DNA of 60,102 bases from Bacillales bacterium (lineage in GTDB: Bacteria; Bacillota_I; Bacilli_A; RF39; UBA660). Below, piece by piece: positions 40,541 through 50,324 of this stretch; position 1 is the stretch's first letter, and every line of letters begins with the position of its first letter. The notes beneath the pieces are model-generated. The model did not search any database. It was given only the letters and a program-made list of their open reading frames with translations, and had not been told where the DNA came from. Where the stretch lies: positions 1-60,102 of the forward strand of contig JAEEZR010000019.1 in NCBI GenBank assembly GCA_016292035.1. Direction: 5' to 3'. Both the position numbers and the translations under genes were made by a program.

Positions 40541-41232
40541 GTTTACTTGAAATAAAAAACTTAAATAAAAGTTATGATGATTTTAAAGTACTTAAAGATG
40601 TTAACCTTAAAATAGAAAAAGGTAAAATATATGGTCTCCTTGGTAAAAACGGAGCAGGTAAAAGTACTTTAATAAAAATAATAAATGATTTATTAACAAA
40701 AGACTCTGGAGAAGTATTATTTCTTGGAAAAGAAATAGGATCATTCTCTAAAGCACATATATCTTATTTGCCAGAAAGAACATACTTAGATAAAAGTATG
40801 AAAGTAAAAGAAATAGTAAAATACTTTAGTGAATTCTATAGTGATTTCGACTGTGAAAAAGCTAAAAAATTAATAAAAGACTTAGACTTAAATATAGATA
40901 AACAAATATCTAAAATGAGTAAAGGTATGCAAGAGAAATTACAATTAGTATTAGTAATGAGTAGAGAAGCTGATCTATATATACTAGATGAACCTCTAGG
41001 AGGAGTAGATCCCGCTACTAGAGATTATATACTAGATACTATATTATCTAACTTTAAAGAAGGTTCTTCTCTCATAATATCCACTCACTTAATAAGTGAT
41101 ATTGAAAGAATATTAGATGAAGTAATATTTATAGATAAAGGTGAAATAAAACTTACTTCTGGTGCAGATCAGTTAAGAGAAAAAGAAAATTCTTCAATAG
41201 ATGAAATCTTTAGGAGGAGTTTTAAATGTTAA
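40537..41232 (+). CDS. ABC-2 transporter ATP-binding protein
   Basis: GKNGAGKST, MSKGMQEK, LDEPLGGVD. Confidence 0.93.
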   Translation: MSLLEIKNLNKSYDDFKVLKDVNLKIEKGKIYGLLGKNGAGKSTLIKIINDLLTKDSGEVLFLGKEIGSFSKAHISYLPERTYLDKSMKVKEIVKYFSEFYSDFDCEKAKKLIKDLDLNIDKQISKMSKGMQEKLQLVLVMSREADLYILDEPLGGVDPATRDYILDTILSNFKEGSSLIISTHLISDIERILDEVIFIDKGEIKLTSGADQLREKENSSIDEIFRRSFKC

Positions 41233-41999
41233 GAAAATTAGTTAAATATGATTTAAAATGGATAGAAAAATTTATGTTAATATTCTATACAATAACAATA
41301 ATTATAAGCATTCTTGCTAGAATATCATCTAACTTTACTGATACAGTAGCTGGTAATATTCTATATCAAATATTAAAAGCAACAGCTATATCAGCATTTG
41401 TTTCTACATTTATAAATGCACTAATAAGAGTACTAGCAAGATTCTCTCTTCATTCATATAAAGATGAGTCTTACTTAATACATACTCTTCCTGTGGAAAG
41501 AAAAACAGTTTATAACTCTAAAATAGTATCAAGCATAGTATCTATGTTTATATCACTTGTTGTAATATTAATAGGATTCTTAATTGTATTTTTAGATACT
41601 AATATGATTAATGCTATAAAAGATATAGTTAATGTAAGTGGAGTATGGATTATACTTGGACTAGCATTAACAGTAATATTAGAAAGTACATTTATGATTT
41701 TAGCAGGCATTATTGGAATGATACTTGGTCATAAATCTAATAACAATAGAATGGCTAAATCAGTAATAATAGCAATAGCCATGTATTTTATCCTTCAAGG
41801 AGTACTATTGCTATTAGTTTATCTATTTGGACTTATGGATACTGATATGAATGTACTATTTACTGTAACTGAAAACTTAAATGTAATAGACCCTATGAAA
41901 AAACTATTAGTAGTAGTTGATATATTATATTTATTATTAGTAACAATAATGTACTTTGTAGGTAAAAGACAGTACTCTAAAGGAGTAAATGTAGAATAA
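41226..41999 (+). CDS. ABC-2 transporter permease
   Basis: 6 TM helices; YLIHTLPV motif. Confidence 0.85.
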   Translation: MLRKLVKYDLKWIEKFMLIFYTITIIISILARISSNFTDTVAGNILYQILKATAISAFVSTFINALIRVLARFSLHSYKDESYLIHTLPVERKTVYNSKIVSSIVSMFISLVVILIGFLIVFLDTNMINAIKDIVNVSGVWIILGLALTVILESTFMILAGIIGMILGHKSNNNRMAKSVIIAIAMYFILQGVLLLLVYLFGLMDTDMNVLFTVTENLNVIDPMKKLLVVVDILYLLLVTIMYFVGKRQYSKGVNVE

Positions 42000-42003
42000 T
42001 AAT

Positions 42004-42030
42004 AAAACTCAACGTAAAGTTGAGTTTTTT
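42004..42030 (+). terminator. Intrinsic terminator of the GntR-ABC operon
   Basis: AAAACTCAAC-GTAAA-GTTGAGTTTTTT. Confidence 0.8.
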
Positions 42031-42092
42031 CAACTTAAAGTTTATTGAATATAGACTTTTTTCTAGTAAAATGGTAAGTGAGGTGAAAAGAA

Positions 42093-42359
42093 ATGACAGA
42101 AGTTATAGTAATAAGTGCTCTTTGGTGTCCATCTTGCTTAATACTAAAGAAACACTTAAAAAGACTAAAAGAAGAAAATAACCTTGAAATAAAATATTTA
42201 GATTATGACTTTGATGAAGAAGAAGTAAAAAAATATAATGTAGGGGATGTACTCCCAGTTATGATAGTAACTAAAGATGATAAAGAAGTAGCTAGACTAA
42301 TTGGCGAAAAAGAATATGAAGAAATACTAGAATTTTTGAAAGGAAATAATGCACTATGA
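42093..42359 (+). CDS. Thioredoxin-family protein
   Basis: ALWCPSC, YNVGDVLPV, RLIGE. Confidence 0.87.
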   Translation: MTEVIVISALWCPSCLILKKHLKRLKEENNLEIKYLDYDFDEEEVKKYNVGDVLPVMIVTKDDKEVARLIGEKEYEEILEFLKGNNAL

Positions 42360-43531
42360 AAAAAAGATTATTAATAATTTTATTTACTATTTTACTAATA
42401 CTTCCAATAAACTTAAATGCACTATCTGTTACATATAAAGATGAAGTAAGTGCAATAACAGGGGATATTGTAGAAGAGAATAAAGCTAATTTATATTTAT
42501 TCCATGGCCAAGATTGTCCACACTGCAAAGCAGAAAGAAAATGGCTTGAAACTATAAAAGAAAAATATAAAGACAAATTAAACATAATAGAATATGAAAC
42601 ATGGTATAACGAAGAAAACGCCGCTTTACTTGAGCAAATAAAAGTAAAATTTGGCGAAACAAGAGGTGGAGTACCATACACTATAATAGGTGAAAAAGCA
42701 TTTTTAGGATACTCTGACGCTATGCAAGGACTTATTAATGAAGCCCTAAAAGAATACATTCCTGAAATAGATGCTGATGGAAATATTAAACTTCCTTTAT
42801 TTGGAACATTCAATGTTAAAAACTCTTCAATATCATTAGCAGCTATTGTTCTTGGATTCTTAGATGGATTTAATCCATGTGCTATGTGGGTACTTTTATT
42901 CTTAATAAGTATGTTATTTAAAATGAATAACAAAAAAAGAGCATGGTTTTTAGGAATAGCATTCTTATTTATGTCAGCATTTATTTATTTCTTATCAATG
43001 CTAGGAATAAACTTTGTACTTACAGTCGCAACTATTAACTGGATTAAAAAAGCAATAGCAATATTTATATTAACTGCCGGAATATTTAACTTCTATAAAT
43101 ACTTTAAAATGAGAAAACAAGAAAATGGGTGCTCTGTAGTAAATGAACCTAGAAGAAAAAAATTAATGAATAGAATAAGAAATGTAATGGACTCTAAATC
43201 ATTTGTAATGGCATTAATTGGTATATGTATTCTAGGAGTAAGTGTTAACTTAGTAGAAATGGCTTGCTCACTAGGTTTCCCAGTAGTATTTAATGAAATA
43301 TTAACAATTAATAATGTAACTGGAATAGCTAGAATACTATATTTACTATTATATATTCTATTCTATATGATAGATGACTTAGCAATATTTATAATATCAA
43401 TGATGACACTTGAAGCAACAGGAATAACTAATAAATATAATAAACTATGTACATTAGTAAGCGCTATTATAATGATTATAATGGGTGCATTATTAATATT
43501 TAAACCACAGTGGTTAATGTTAAATTTCTAA
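42356..43531 (+). CDS. Exported glutaredoxin-like domain fused to a CcdA/DsbD-like membrane domain
   Basis: Signal peptide; CPHC and GVPYT; DGFNPCAMW and VEMACS membrane Cys pair; about 6 TM helices. Confidence 0.82.
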   Translation: MKKRLLIILFTILLILPINLNALSVTYKDEVSAITGDIVEENKANLYLFHGQDCPHCKAERKWLETIKEKYKDKLNIIEYETWYNEENAALLEQIKVKFGETRGGVPYTIIGEKAFLGYSDAMQGLINEALKEYIPEIDADGNIKLPLFGTFNVKNSSISLAAIVLGFLDGFNPCAMWVLLFLISMLFKMNNKKRAWFLGIAFLFMSAFIYFLSMLGINFVLTVATINWIKKAIAIFILTAGIFNFYKYFKMRKQENGCSVVNEPRRKKLMNRIRNVMDSKSFVMALIGICILGVSVNLVEMACSLGFPVVFNEILTINNVTGIARILYLLLYILFYMIDDLAIFIISMMTLEATGITNKYNKLCTLVSAIIMIIMGALLIFKPQWLMLNF

Positions 43532-43541
43532 GGAGGTAAAA

Positions 43542-44648
43542 ATGTATTTAGACTATGCAGCAAATACTCCAGTAGATGAAGAAGTATTAGAAGAATTTGT
43601 AAGCGCTACTAGAAAATATATTGCTAATCCTAATAGTTCTCATCCACTAGGAGAAGAAGCTAAAAATAAAATAGATGAAGTAAGTGAAAAACTAGCCAGT
43701 TATTTTGAATGCACTAAAGAAGGAATTATCTATACAAGTGGATCTAGTGAATCAAATAACTTAGTACTAAAGGGATTAGCCGAGTCTTATCCTGAAAAGA
43801 AAAAAATAATAATTTCTTCAGTTGAGCACTCATCAATAGTGTCTCCTTGTAATTATCTTTCTTCTAAAGGATATGATATATCCCTAATAGATTTAAATGA
43901 TAAAGGTCAAATAGATCTAGAAGAATTAGAAAAAGAAATAGATGATAATACTCTTTTAGTAAGTGTGTGTTCAGTAGACTCAGAACTTGGAAGTATCATG
44001 CCTATAGAAGAAATATCTAAAATATGTAAAAAACATAATGTATTATTTCATACAGACGCTACTCAAGCAATTGGTAAAACAAATATAGACTATAGTAATG
44101 TAGACTTTATAACATTTGCGCCCCATAAATTCTTTGGATTAAATGGACAAGGAGCATTAATAAATAGAAATAATATTAAATTAACTCCACTTATTCACGG
44201 AGGTAAATCAACAACTATCTATAGAAGCGGAACACCAGTAACTGCTAATATCTTATCCCTATATAAATCTTTTAAAAAAGCAGTTAAACTTCTTCCTGAA
44301 AGAGAAGCATATATAACAGAGTTAAATAATTATTTAAGAGAAGAATTATCTAAAATAGAATGTGTTCACATAAATAGCCCTATAGATTCTATTCCAAATA
44401 CATTAAACTTTAGTTTAAAAAATGTTGATAGAGATGCAGTTATAAACAAACTATATGAAAAAAGTATATGCCTATCAACAACCAGTGCGTGCTCTATGAA
44501 AGGAGTACCTTCTAAATCAGTATATGCTATAACTAAAGATAAAGATTTATCTACATCTTCAATAAGAATTAGTTTATCTTATATGACAACAAAAGAAGAA
44601 TTAGAAGAATTTATAAACATATTTAAATTAATAATAAATGGACTTTAA
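43542..44648 (+). CDS. Second cysteine desulfurase family protein (class V PLP enzyme)
   Basis: YLDYAANTP, HTDATQ, APHKFFG, STTSACS. Confidence 0.9.
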   Translation: MYLDYAANTPVDEEVLEEFVSATRKYIANPNSSHPLGEEAKNKIDEVSEKLASYFECTKEGIIYTSGSSESNNLVLKGLAESYPEKKKIIISSVEHSSIVSPCNYLSSKGYDISLIDLNDKGQIDLEELEKEIDDNTLLVSVCSVDSELGSIMPIEEISKICKKHNVLFHTDATQAIGKTNIDYSNVDFITFAPHKFFGLNGQGALINRNNIKLTPLIHGGKSTTIYRSGTPVTANILSLYKSFKKAVKLLPEREAYITELNNYLREELSKIECVHINSPIDSIPNTLNFSLKNVDRDAVINKLYEKSICLSTTSACSMKGVPSKSVYAITKDKDLSTSSIRISLSYMTTKEELEEFINIFKLIINGL

Positions 44649-44687
44649 CAAAAAAATAATATACAATTATCTTAGGAAGTGATGAAC

Positions 44688-45335
44688 ATGTCAGATGATG
44701 AATTAAGAATTATTAATCAAAAATTATCAGATATTATAGAAAAAAGAAAATGGCTAATATTTTTAAATGATAATTTATATAATATACCAGAAGAAAACTA
44801 CAAAAAATGTACAGAATTACTTACAGACATGGATAAAACACTAGGAAAAATCAATGAATTAAAAACTCTTATAAGTGTATCAGAAGACGGACTAAATAAT
44901 TTAAGCAGTAATGTAAAGAATTATAGAGAGTATTATAATGAACTATATAATACTCCAAAGATTTTAGAAATGAATGTCACACCGCAACTAATAGAAACAA
45001 TAACGCATAATGAAATACACGCATTTATTGAAAAAAATTATGAAGGAAGATTTAGTATAAATGTGGATAATGCTAGAAGAGCATCTAAAGAGATAAAAAA
45101 ACTACTTAATTTGGATAATAGCTCATTTGCTAATTTAATAAATGATGATACAAAAATAGGAGAAAAATCTGGAATAGTGAGAAATCAAATAGTTCAGTGG
45201 CGAAAAGAAATAGAAGTTACTCGTCAAAGACTTAAAGGATTAATAGATATAGTAGAAAAAGAATTAGATAGTACCTTAGGAGATAAAGTTAATAACTATC
45301 TAGAAATGAGAGATAAAAAGTATGCTAGAAATTAG
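44688..45335 (+). CDS. Hypothetical coiled-coil protein
   Basis: About 215-aa helical ORF with its own hairpin terminator over the stop codon. Confidence 0.7.
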   Translation: MSDDELRIINQKLSDIIEKRKWLIFLNDNLYNIPEENYKKCTELLTDMDKTLGKINELKTLISVSEDGLNNLSSNVKNYREYYNELYNTPKILEMNVTPQLIETITHNEIHAFIEKNYEGRFSINVDNARRASKEIKKLLNLDNSSFANLINDDTKIGEKSGIVRNQIVQWRKEIEVTRQRLKGLIDIVEKELDSTLGDKVNNYLEMRDKKYARN

Positions 45336-45403
45336 TATACTTTTTCTTTTATTTATATTTAAAAATTGATATAATTAAAGATAGAATAGGAAGAGGAGAT
45401 AAA

Positions 45404-46159
45404 ATGAAAAGAACCATTATTTATATATTATTAATAATAATTTTAGCAGCGTTAGGAGTACTTGGAGTATTAAATAGACCAGCGCAGTATCCATCAATTG
45501 AAATACTAGGCAAAACATATTATCAATATAATGTAGAAGACAATACATATGAACAATTAACAATAAATGAACATGATGTTAATTACGTAGGAAAGAAAAT
45601 AGACCTAACTAATTGTAATAATTATAAATATGATAATATCAGTCAAAAGCTAACATTTACTTGTAAAAAAGAGATGTATATATTAGCATACACAGATAAT
45701 ATATTAGCTATCAGATATGATGAAAGAACTTTGTACTTTTATCTTAATAAAGAATCTGCAGAAAATAATGATTTAGAAAAAGGTTATGATATAGACTCTA
45801 TAGACTATATTAATGAAACTAATAGAATTATTAATGATATAAAAATAGACTCTTCAAAAATAAAAGAATATATAAACTCTAATAAAAAATATTACGTTTA
45901 TAAAAAACCAGAAGAATGCACAGGAAAATGTAATGTAATAACTAGAAATTTAAAAAATCTAACTACTAAAGATATTTATTATATAGAAGAACTCGATGAA
46001 GAAACAAAAAATCTAATAGTAGCAAAAGATGCAGATGCACTAACATATTCAAATCCAATAGTAATAGTAATTAATGAGGGTAAAATAGAAAATATATATG
46101 AAGTAACTGAAAATGTAGCTGGATTTATAGATAGAAAAGAGGAAACAGTAAATGAGTAG
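45404..46159 (+). CDS. Hypothetical membrane-anchored protein, possible degenerate thioredoxin-like C-terminal domain
   Basis: N-terminal TM; YYVYKKPEECTGKC...NPIVIVINEGKI. Confidence 0.65.
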   Translation: MKRTIIYILLIIILAALGVLGVLNRPAQYPSIEILGKTYYQYNVEDNTYEQLTINEHDVNYVGKKIDLTNCNNYKYDNISQKLTFTCKKEMYILAYTDNILAIRYDERTLYFYLNKESAENNDLEKGYDIDSIDYINETNRIINDIKIDSSKIKEYINSNKKYYVYKKPEECTGKCNVITRNLKNLTTKDIYYIEELDEETKNLIVAKDADALTYSNPIVIVINEGKIENIYEVTENVAGFIDRKEETVNE

Positions 46160-48482
46160 AATTACTAATAAAGAAATAAAAGAATTAGATAAATACTTTA
46201 GATTAACAAATTATCTATCAGTAGGGCAATTATACTTACTAGATAATCCTCTTTTAGAAAGACCACTAGAACTTAAAGATATTAAGCCTCACGTAGTAGG
46301 ACACTGGGGAACAGCGCCTGGTCAAAACTTTATTTATACACATCTAAATAGAATAATAAAAAAATATGATTTAAATATGATTTATATAAGTGGTCCAGGT
46401 CATGGTGGAGAAGCTATGGTAGCAAATTCATACATAGATGGATCATATACAAAAGTTTATAAAAATATTACTCAAGATGAAAAAGGATTAAAAAAACTAT
46501 TTAAACAATTTAGTTTTCCAGGAGGAATATCTTCTCATGTAGCACCAGAAACACCAGGAAGCATTAATGAAGGTGGGGAACTAGGTTATAGCCTAGCACA
46601 CGCTTATGGAGCAGTACTAGATAATCCTGATTTAATAGTAGCTTGCACAATAGGTGATGGTGAAGCAGAAACAGGCCCACTAGCAGCTAGCTGGCAACTA
46701 AATAAATTTATTAATCCAAATAAAGATGGAATTGTTCTTCCAATACTTCATTTAAATGGATATAAAATAGCTAACCCAACGATTCTATCTAGAATAAGTG
46801 AAGATGAACTATACTCATACTTTGTCGGAATGGGATATAAACCTTATATAGTAAAAGGTGATGATCCAAAGAAAATGCATAAAAAAATGGCAAAAACATT
46901 AGATGATATTGTTTATACCATTAAAAAAATAAAAGAAGAAAGTAAAAAATATGTCTTTAGACCATATTATCCAATGATAATATTAGAAACTCCTAAAGGA
47001 TGGACAGGACCTAAAGAAATAGAAGGAAGCTTTAAAGCTCATCAAATACCAATTGTAGTAGATGAATATCACGAAGATAACATTAAACTCCTAGAAAAAT
47101 GGATGAGAAGCTACAAACCAAGTGAATTAATTAATAAAGATGGAACAATCAAAAAAGATATATTATCAATGACTCCACCACTTGAAAAAACAATGGCTCT
47201 AAATCCAAATGCTAATGGAGGACTTCTTCTAAAAGAATTGGAAACACCAAACATAAAGGATTATGAAGTAATCTTTGATAAAAAAGGACAACTCTATGCA
47301 GAAGATATGAAAGAACTTGGTAAATACATAAGAGACCTAGTAAGATTAAACAACGCTAATAACAACTATAGAATATTTGGTCCAGATGAAGCATTATCTA
47401 ATAGACTTAACTATGTATTTGATGAAACATACAAAAAATGGGGAACCAAAATCAAAAAAGGTGATGAGCTTCTAAAAAGAGATGGAAGAGTAATAGATGG
47501 AGTATTATCAGAGCACCTATGTGAAGGAATGCTAGAAGGCTATCTTCTTACGGGAAGACACGGATTTATTCATAGTTATGAAGCATTTATAAGAATAATA
47601 GATTCTATGGTTTCACAACATGCAAAATGGTTAAAAGTTACCAGCGAACTTCCTTGGAGAGAAGATATAAGCTCACTTAATATATTACTAACAAGCCATG
47701 TATGGCAACAAGACCATAATGGATTTACTCATCAAGACCCAGGATTTATAAATCACTTACTTCCTAAAAAAGCAGATACAGTAAGAATATATTTACCATT
47801 TGATGCTAATACACTTATTTCTACTTTTGACCATATAACAAAAACAAAAAATTATATAAATCTAGTAATAGCATCAAAACATCCAAGATTACAGTGGCTT
47901 TCAATGGATGAAGCAATTAAACACTGCACTAAAGGGGTAGACATATTTAAATGGGCAAGTAACTATAATGGAAAAAGTCCAGATATAGTACTAGCATGCG
48001 CTGGAGACACTCCAACACTTGAAGTATTAGCTGCAGCATCAATACTTAAAGAAAAAGCACCTACCATCAAATATAGGGTAGTAAATGTAGTTGATTTAAT
48101 GAAACTACTTCCTAGTTATAAACACCCTCATGGATTAACAGATGAAGAATATAATGAATTATTCACAACAAATAAACCTATATTATTTGCATTCCATGGA
48201 TATCCAAATGTAATTCATGAACTAACATATAATAGAGAAAATAAAGATCTTCATGTAAGAGGATACAATGAAGAAGGAACAATAACTACTCCGTTTGATA
48301 TGAGAGTTCAAAACCATATAGACAGATATCATTTAGTGCTTGATGTACTAAAATATACAAACAACGAAAAGAAATATAAAGAACTAAAAGAGTACTGCCT
48401 AAAGATGCTTGATAAACATCATGACTACATAAGAAACTATGGAAAAGATATAAAAGAAGTATCATCTTGGTACTGGAAGTAA
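46152..48482 (+). CDS. xfp: Xylulose-5-phosphate/fructose-6-phosphate phosphoketolase
   Basis: GHWGTAPG, EGGELGY, GDGEAETGPL, LHLNGYKI, WQQDHNGFTHQDPG. Confidence 0.97.
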   Translation: MSRITNKEIKELDKYFRLTNYLSVGQLYLLDNPLLERPLELKDIKPHVVGHWGTAPGQNFIYTHLNRIIKKYDLNMIYISGPGHGGEAMVANSYIDGSYTKVYKNITQDEKGLKKLFKQFSFPGGISSHVAPETPGSINEGGELGYSLAHAYGAVLDNPDLIVACTIGDGEAETGPLAASWQLNKFINPNKDGIVLPILHLNGYKIANPTILSRISEDELYSYFVGMGYKPYIVKGDDPKKMHKKMAKTLDDIVYTIKKIKEESKKYVFRPYYPMIILETPKGWTGPKEIEGSFKAHQIPIVVDEYHEDNIKLLEKWMRSYKPSELINKDGTIKKDILSMTPPLEKTMALNPNANGGLLLKELETPNIKDYEVIFDKKGQLYAEDMKELGKYIRDLVRLNNANNNYRIFGPDEALSNRLNYVFDETYKKWGTKIKKGDELLKRDGRVIDGVLSEHLCEGMLEGYLLTGRHGFIHSYEAFIRIIDSMVSQHAKWLKVTSELPWREDISSLNILLTSHVWQQDHNGFTHQDPGFINHLLPKKADTVRIYLPFDANTLISTFDHITKTKNYINLVIASKHPRLQWLSMDEAIKHCTKGVDIFKWASNYNGKSPDIVLACAGDTPTLEVLAAASILKEKAPTIKYRVVNVVDLMKLLPSYKHPHGLTDEEYNELFTTNKPILFAFHGYPNVIHELTYNRENKDLHVRGYNEEGTITTPFDMRVQNHIDRYHLVLDVLKYTNNEKKYKELKEYCLKMLDKHHDYIRNYGKDIKEVSSWYWK

Positions 48483-48504
48483 AAGCCTCTATAAGAGGCT
48501 TTTT
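48481..48504 (+). terminator. Intrinsic terminator after xfp
   Basis: AAAAGCCTCT-ATA-AGAGGCTTTTT. Confidence 0.8.
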
Positions 48505-48563
48505 AATTGCTTTAATAAGTCTAATGTGATATATTAATAATAGGAAAATAGGAGAGACGAGAT

Positions 48564-49595
48564 ATGAAAAATATAACAATAAAAGAAGATGCATATTTTG
48601 AAGAAGATATATCTCCTGAGGAAACTGAGGAAAGAAGAAAAAGACTAATAATACTATTGTTATTTTTCCTAATACTACTATTAGGTGTATTTATGCTAGG
48701 CTTTACAAGAAGTAATATTAAAGATAATGAAATAGTTAGTAGTTGCTACTACGACTGTGACATACTAAATATAAATACTCCAAACTATAGAGTAGACATC
48801 ACTTCAGATAAAAAACCAGATACTAACCTAGGCCCAATTGGAGGGAATAAACCTCTTTATAATGTAACATATGGAATTCTTTATAAAGAAAAAGGCTATT
48901 TCAATAAATTAATAGAAGAATATGATGTAGACTTAATAGACTATAATCAAAAACATAAAGTATTTAATCCTATAACAACTCCTGTTAATAATAGCTCAAA
49001 AGGATTATTTAATGTAGACACAAATAACGATGGCTGGCCAGAAATAAATATAGACTTTGAAGGAAAAAAAGTATGTGATTTAAACTGCGATTTAGATTAT
49101 GACTTAAAACCTGACAAAAGAATAGATACTAACTGGGATGGAATATGTGATTTATACTGTGAAGAAGAAGTAGTGAAAGAACCAGATGTAGATGTATCTA
49201 AACCAGAAGTAAAAGCAATCTTAGTATTTGAAGATACAAGCGAACTTGAAGAAGAAGCAATAGTGCCAGGATGGACTCACTTTAAAACATTCACAGTAAC
49301 TAATACTGGTGAAGAAGAAGTAACATATAAAATAGATTTTACTGAAGTAAAGAACACGTTTACTACAGATAATAATTTATATTATGGTTTAACATTAAAT
49401 GATGAAGTAGTAAAGGATATATCTCTAAATAGAGCGCCTTATAATAATGAATCATTAATAACAGGTGTAAGTATAATGCCTGGAGAAACACAAACATATA
49501 AAATAACTTTTGAATTTAAAGAAACAAATCAAAACCAAGATATAGATAAAAATAAAGAGTTTTATACAAAACTACAAGTACACAATATGAATTAA
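48564..49595 (+). CDS. Membrane-anchored DxDxDG-repeat protein with TasA/CalY-like C-terminal domain (paralog of 4482..6113)
   Basis: NVDTNNDGWPEINID...CDLNCD...DGICDLYC; IVPGWTHFKTFTVTNTG...ITFEFKET. Confidence 0.75.
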   Translation: MKNITIKEDAYFEEDISPEETEERRKRLIILLLFFLILLLGVFMLGFTRSNIKDNEIVSSCYYDCDILNINTPNYRVDITSDKKPDTNLGPIGGNKPLYNVTYGILYKEKGYFNKLIEEYDVDLIDYNQKHKVFNPITTPVNNSSKGLFNVDTNNDGWPEINIDFEGKKVCDLNCDLDYDLKPDKRIDTNWDGICDLYCEEEVVKEPDVDVSKPEVKAILVFEDTSELEEEAIVPGWTHFKTFTVTNTGEEEVTYKIDFTEVKNTFTTDNNLYYGLTLNDEVVKDISLNRAPYNNESLITGVSIMPGETQTYKITFEFKETNQNQDIDKNKEFYTKLQVHNMN

Positions 49596-49605
49596 AAAAG
49601 ATAGT

Positions 49606-50322
49606 CTACTGACTATCTTTTCTTTTATTTAGTTCACTAAGAGTAATCTTATATGAATCTTCTTCCTCTTTATAAACAATATCTTTATAAACAAATTCGC
49701 TATCAATGCTAGAAAGTAATTCTTTAATAAAATACTTTAAGAAAGAAGGATTCTTAACCAAGAAAGGCCCTATTAAATGAGTACCATAAACATTCTTATA
49801 TTTAATACCATCTGATTTATTAGAAATGTTTTCACCAAGTCCAAATTTAACTTTAGCTAAAGGATAAATATTACCTTCAACATTAGACATATTATTAATA
49901 AAACCTACTAAATCATCTTTAACAAATTCACTTTCATATATAACGTCACTAACATTTCTACTCTTAATAAAATTAGTAGTAAAACTAAAAGTATTAACAG
50001 CTTCTTTCCCATCTATGCTAGCGCCTAACATTTCATATGAATTACCAGTAAGAAGCATAAAACCATAGTTTTCAATATAATCATTTAACTCTTCTTTATA
50101 ATTAATCAAATGATCTAAACAAGCCATTTCACTTCTTTCAGTTCCTTCTCCAATATAAATAAGATTATATTTACTAAAATCTATTTTATCATTAATAGAA
50201 AGAGTATCCACTTTGACGCTAGCGCCCTGATCAGTTAAATGTTTTTTTAAAATACTGATATTACCATATTCTCCATAAAGATTCATAATATCATGATATA
50301 AATGTAATATATTAACTTTCAT
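49606..50322 (-). CDS. gatD: Lipid II isoglutaminyl synthase glutaminase subunit GatD (CobQ-like), catalytic Cys apparently lost
   Basis: LYHDIMNLYGEYGN, DGIKYKNVYGTHLIGPFLVKNP; adjacent to murT; TGNSYEMLG where ICGGYQLLG is expected. Confidence 0.85.
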   Translation of the reverse strand: MKVNILHLYHDIMNLYGEYGNISILKKHLTDQGASVKVDTLSINDKIDFSKYNLIYIGEGTERSEMACLDHLINYKEELNDYIENYGFMLLTGNSYEMLGASIDGKEAVNTFSFTTNFIKSRNVSDVIYESEFVKDDLVGFINNMSNVEGNIYPLAKVKFGLGENISNKSDGIKYKNVYGTHLIGPFLVKNPSFLKYFIKELLSSIDSEFVYKDIVYKEEEDSYKITLSELNKRKDSQ

Positions 50323-50324
50323 GC

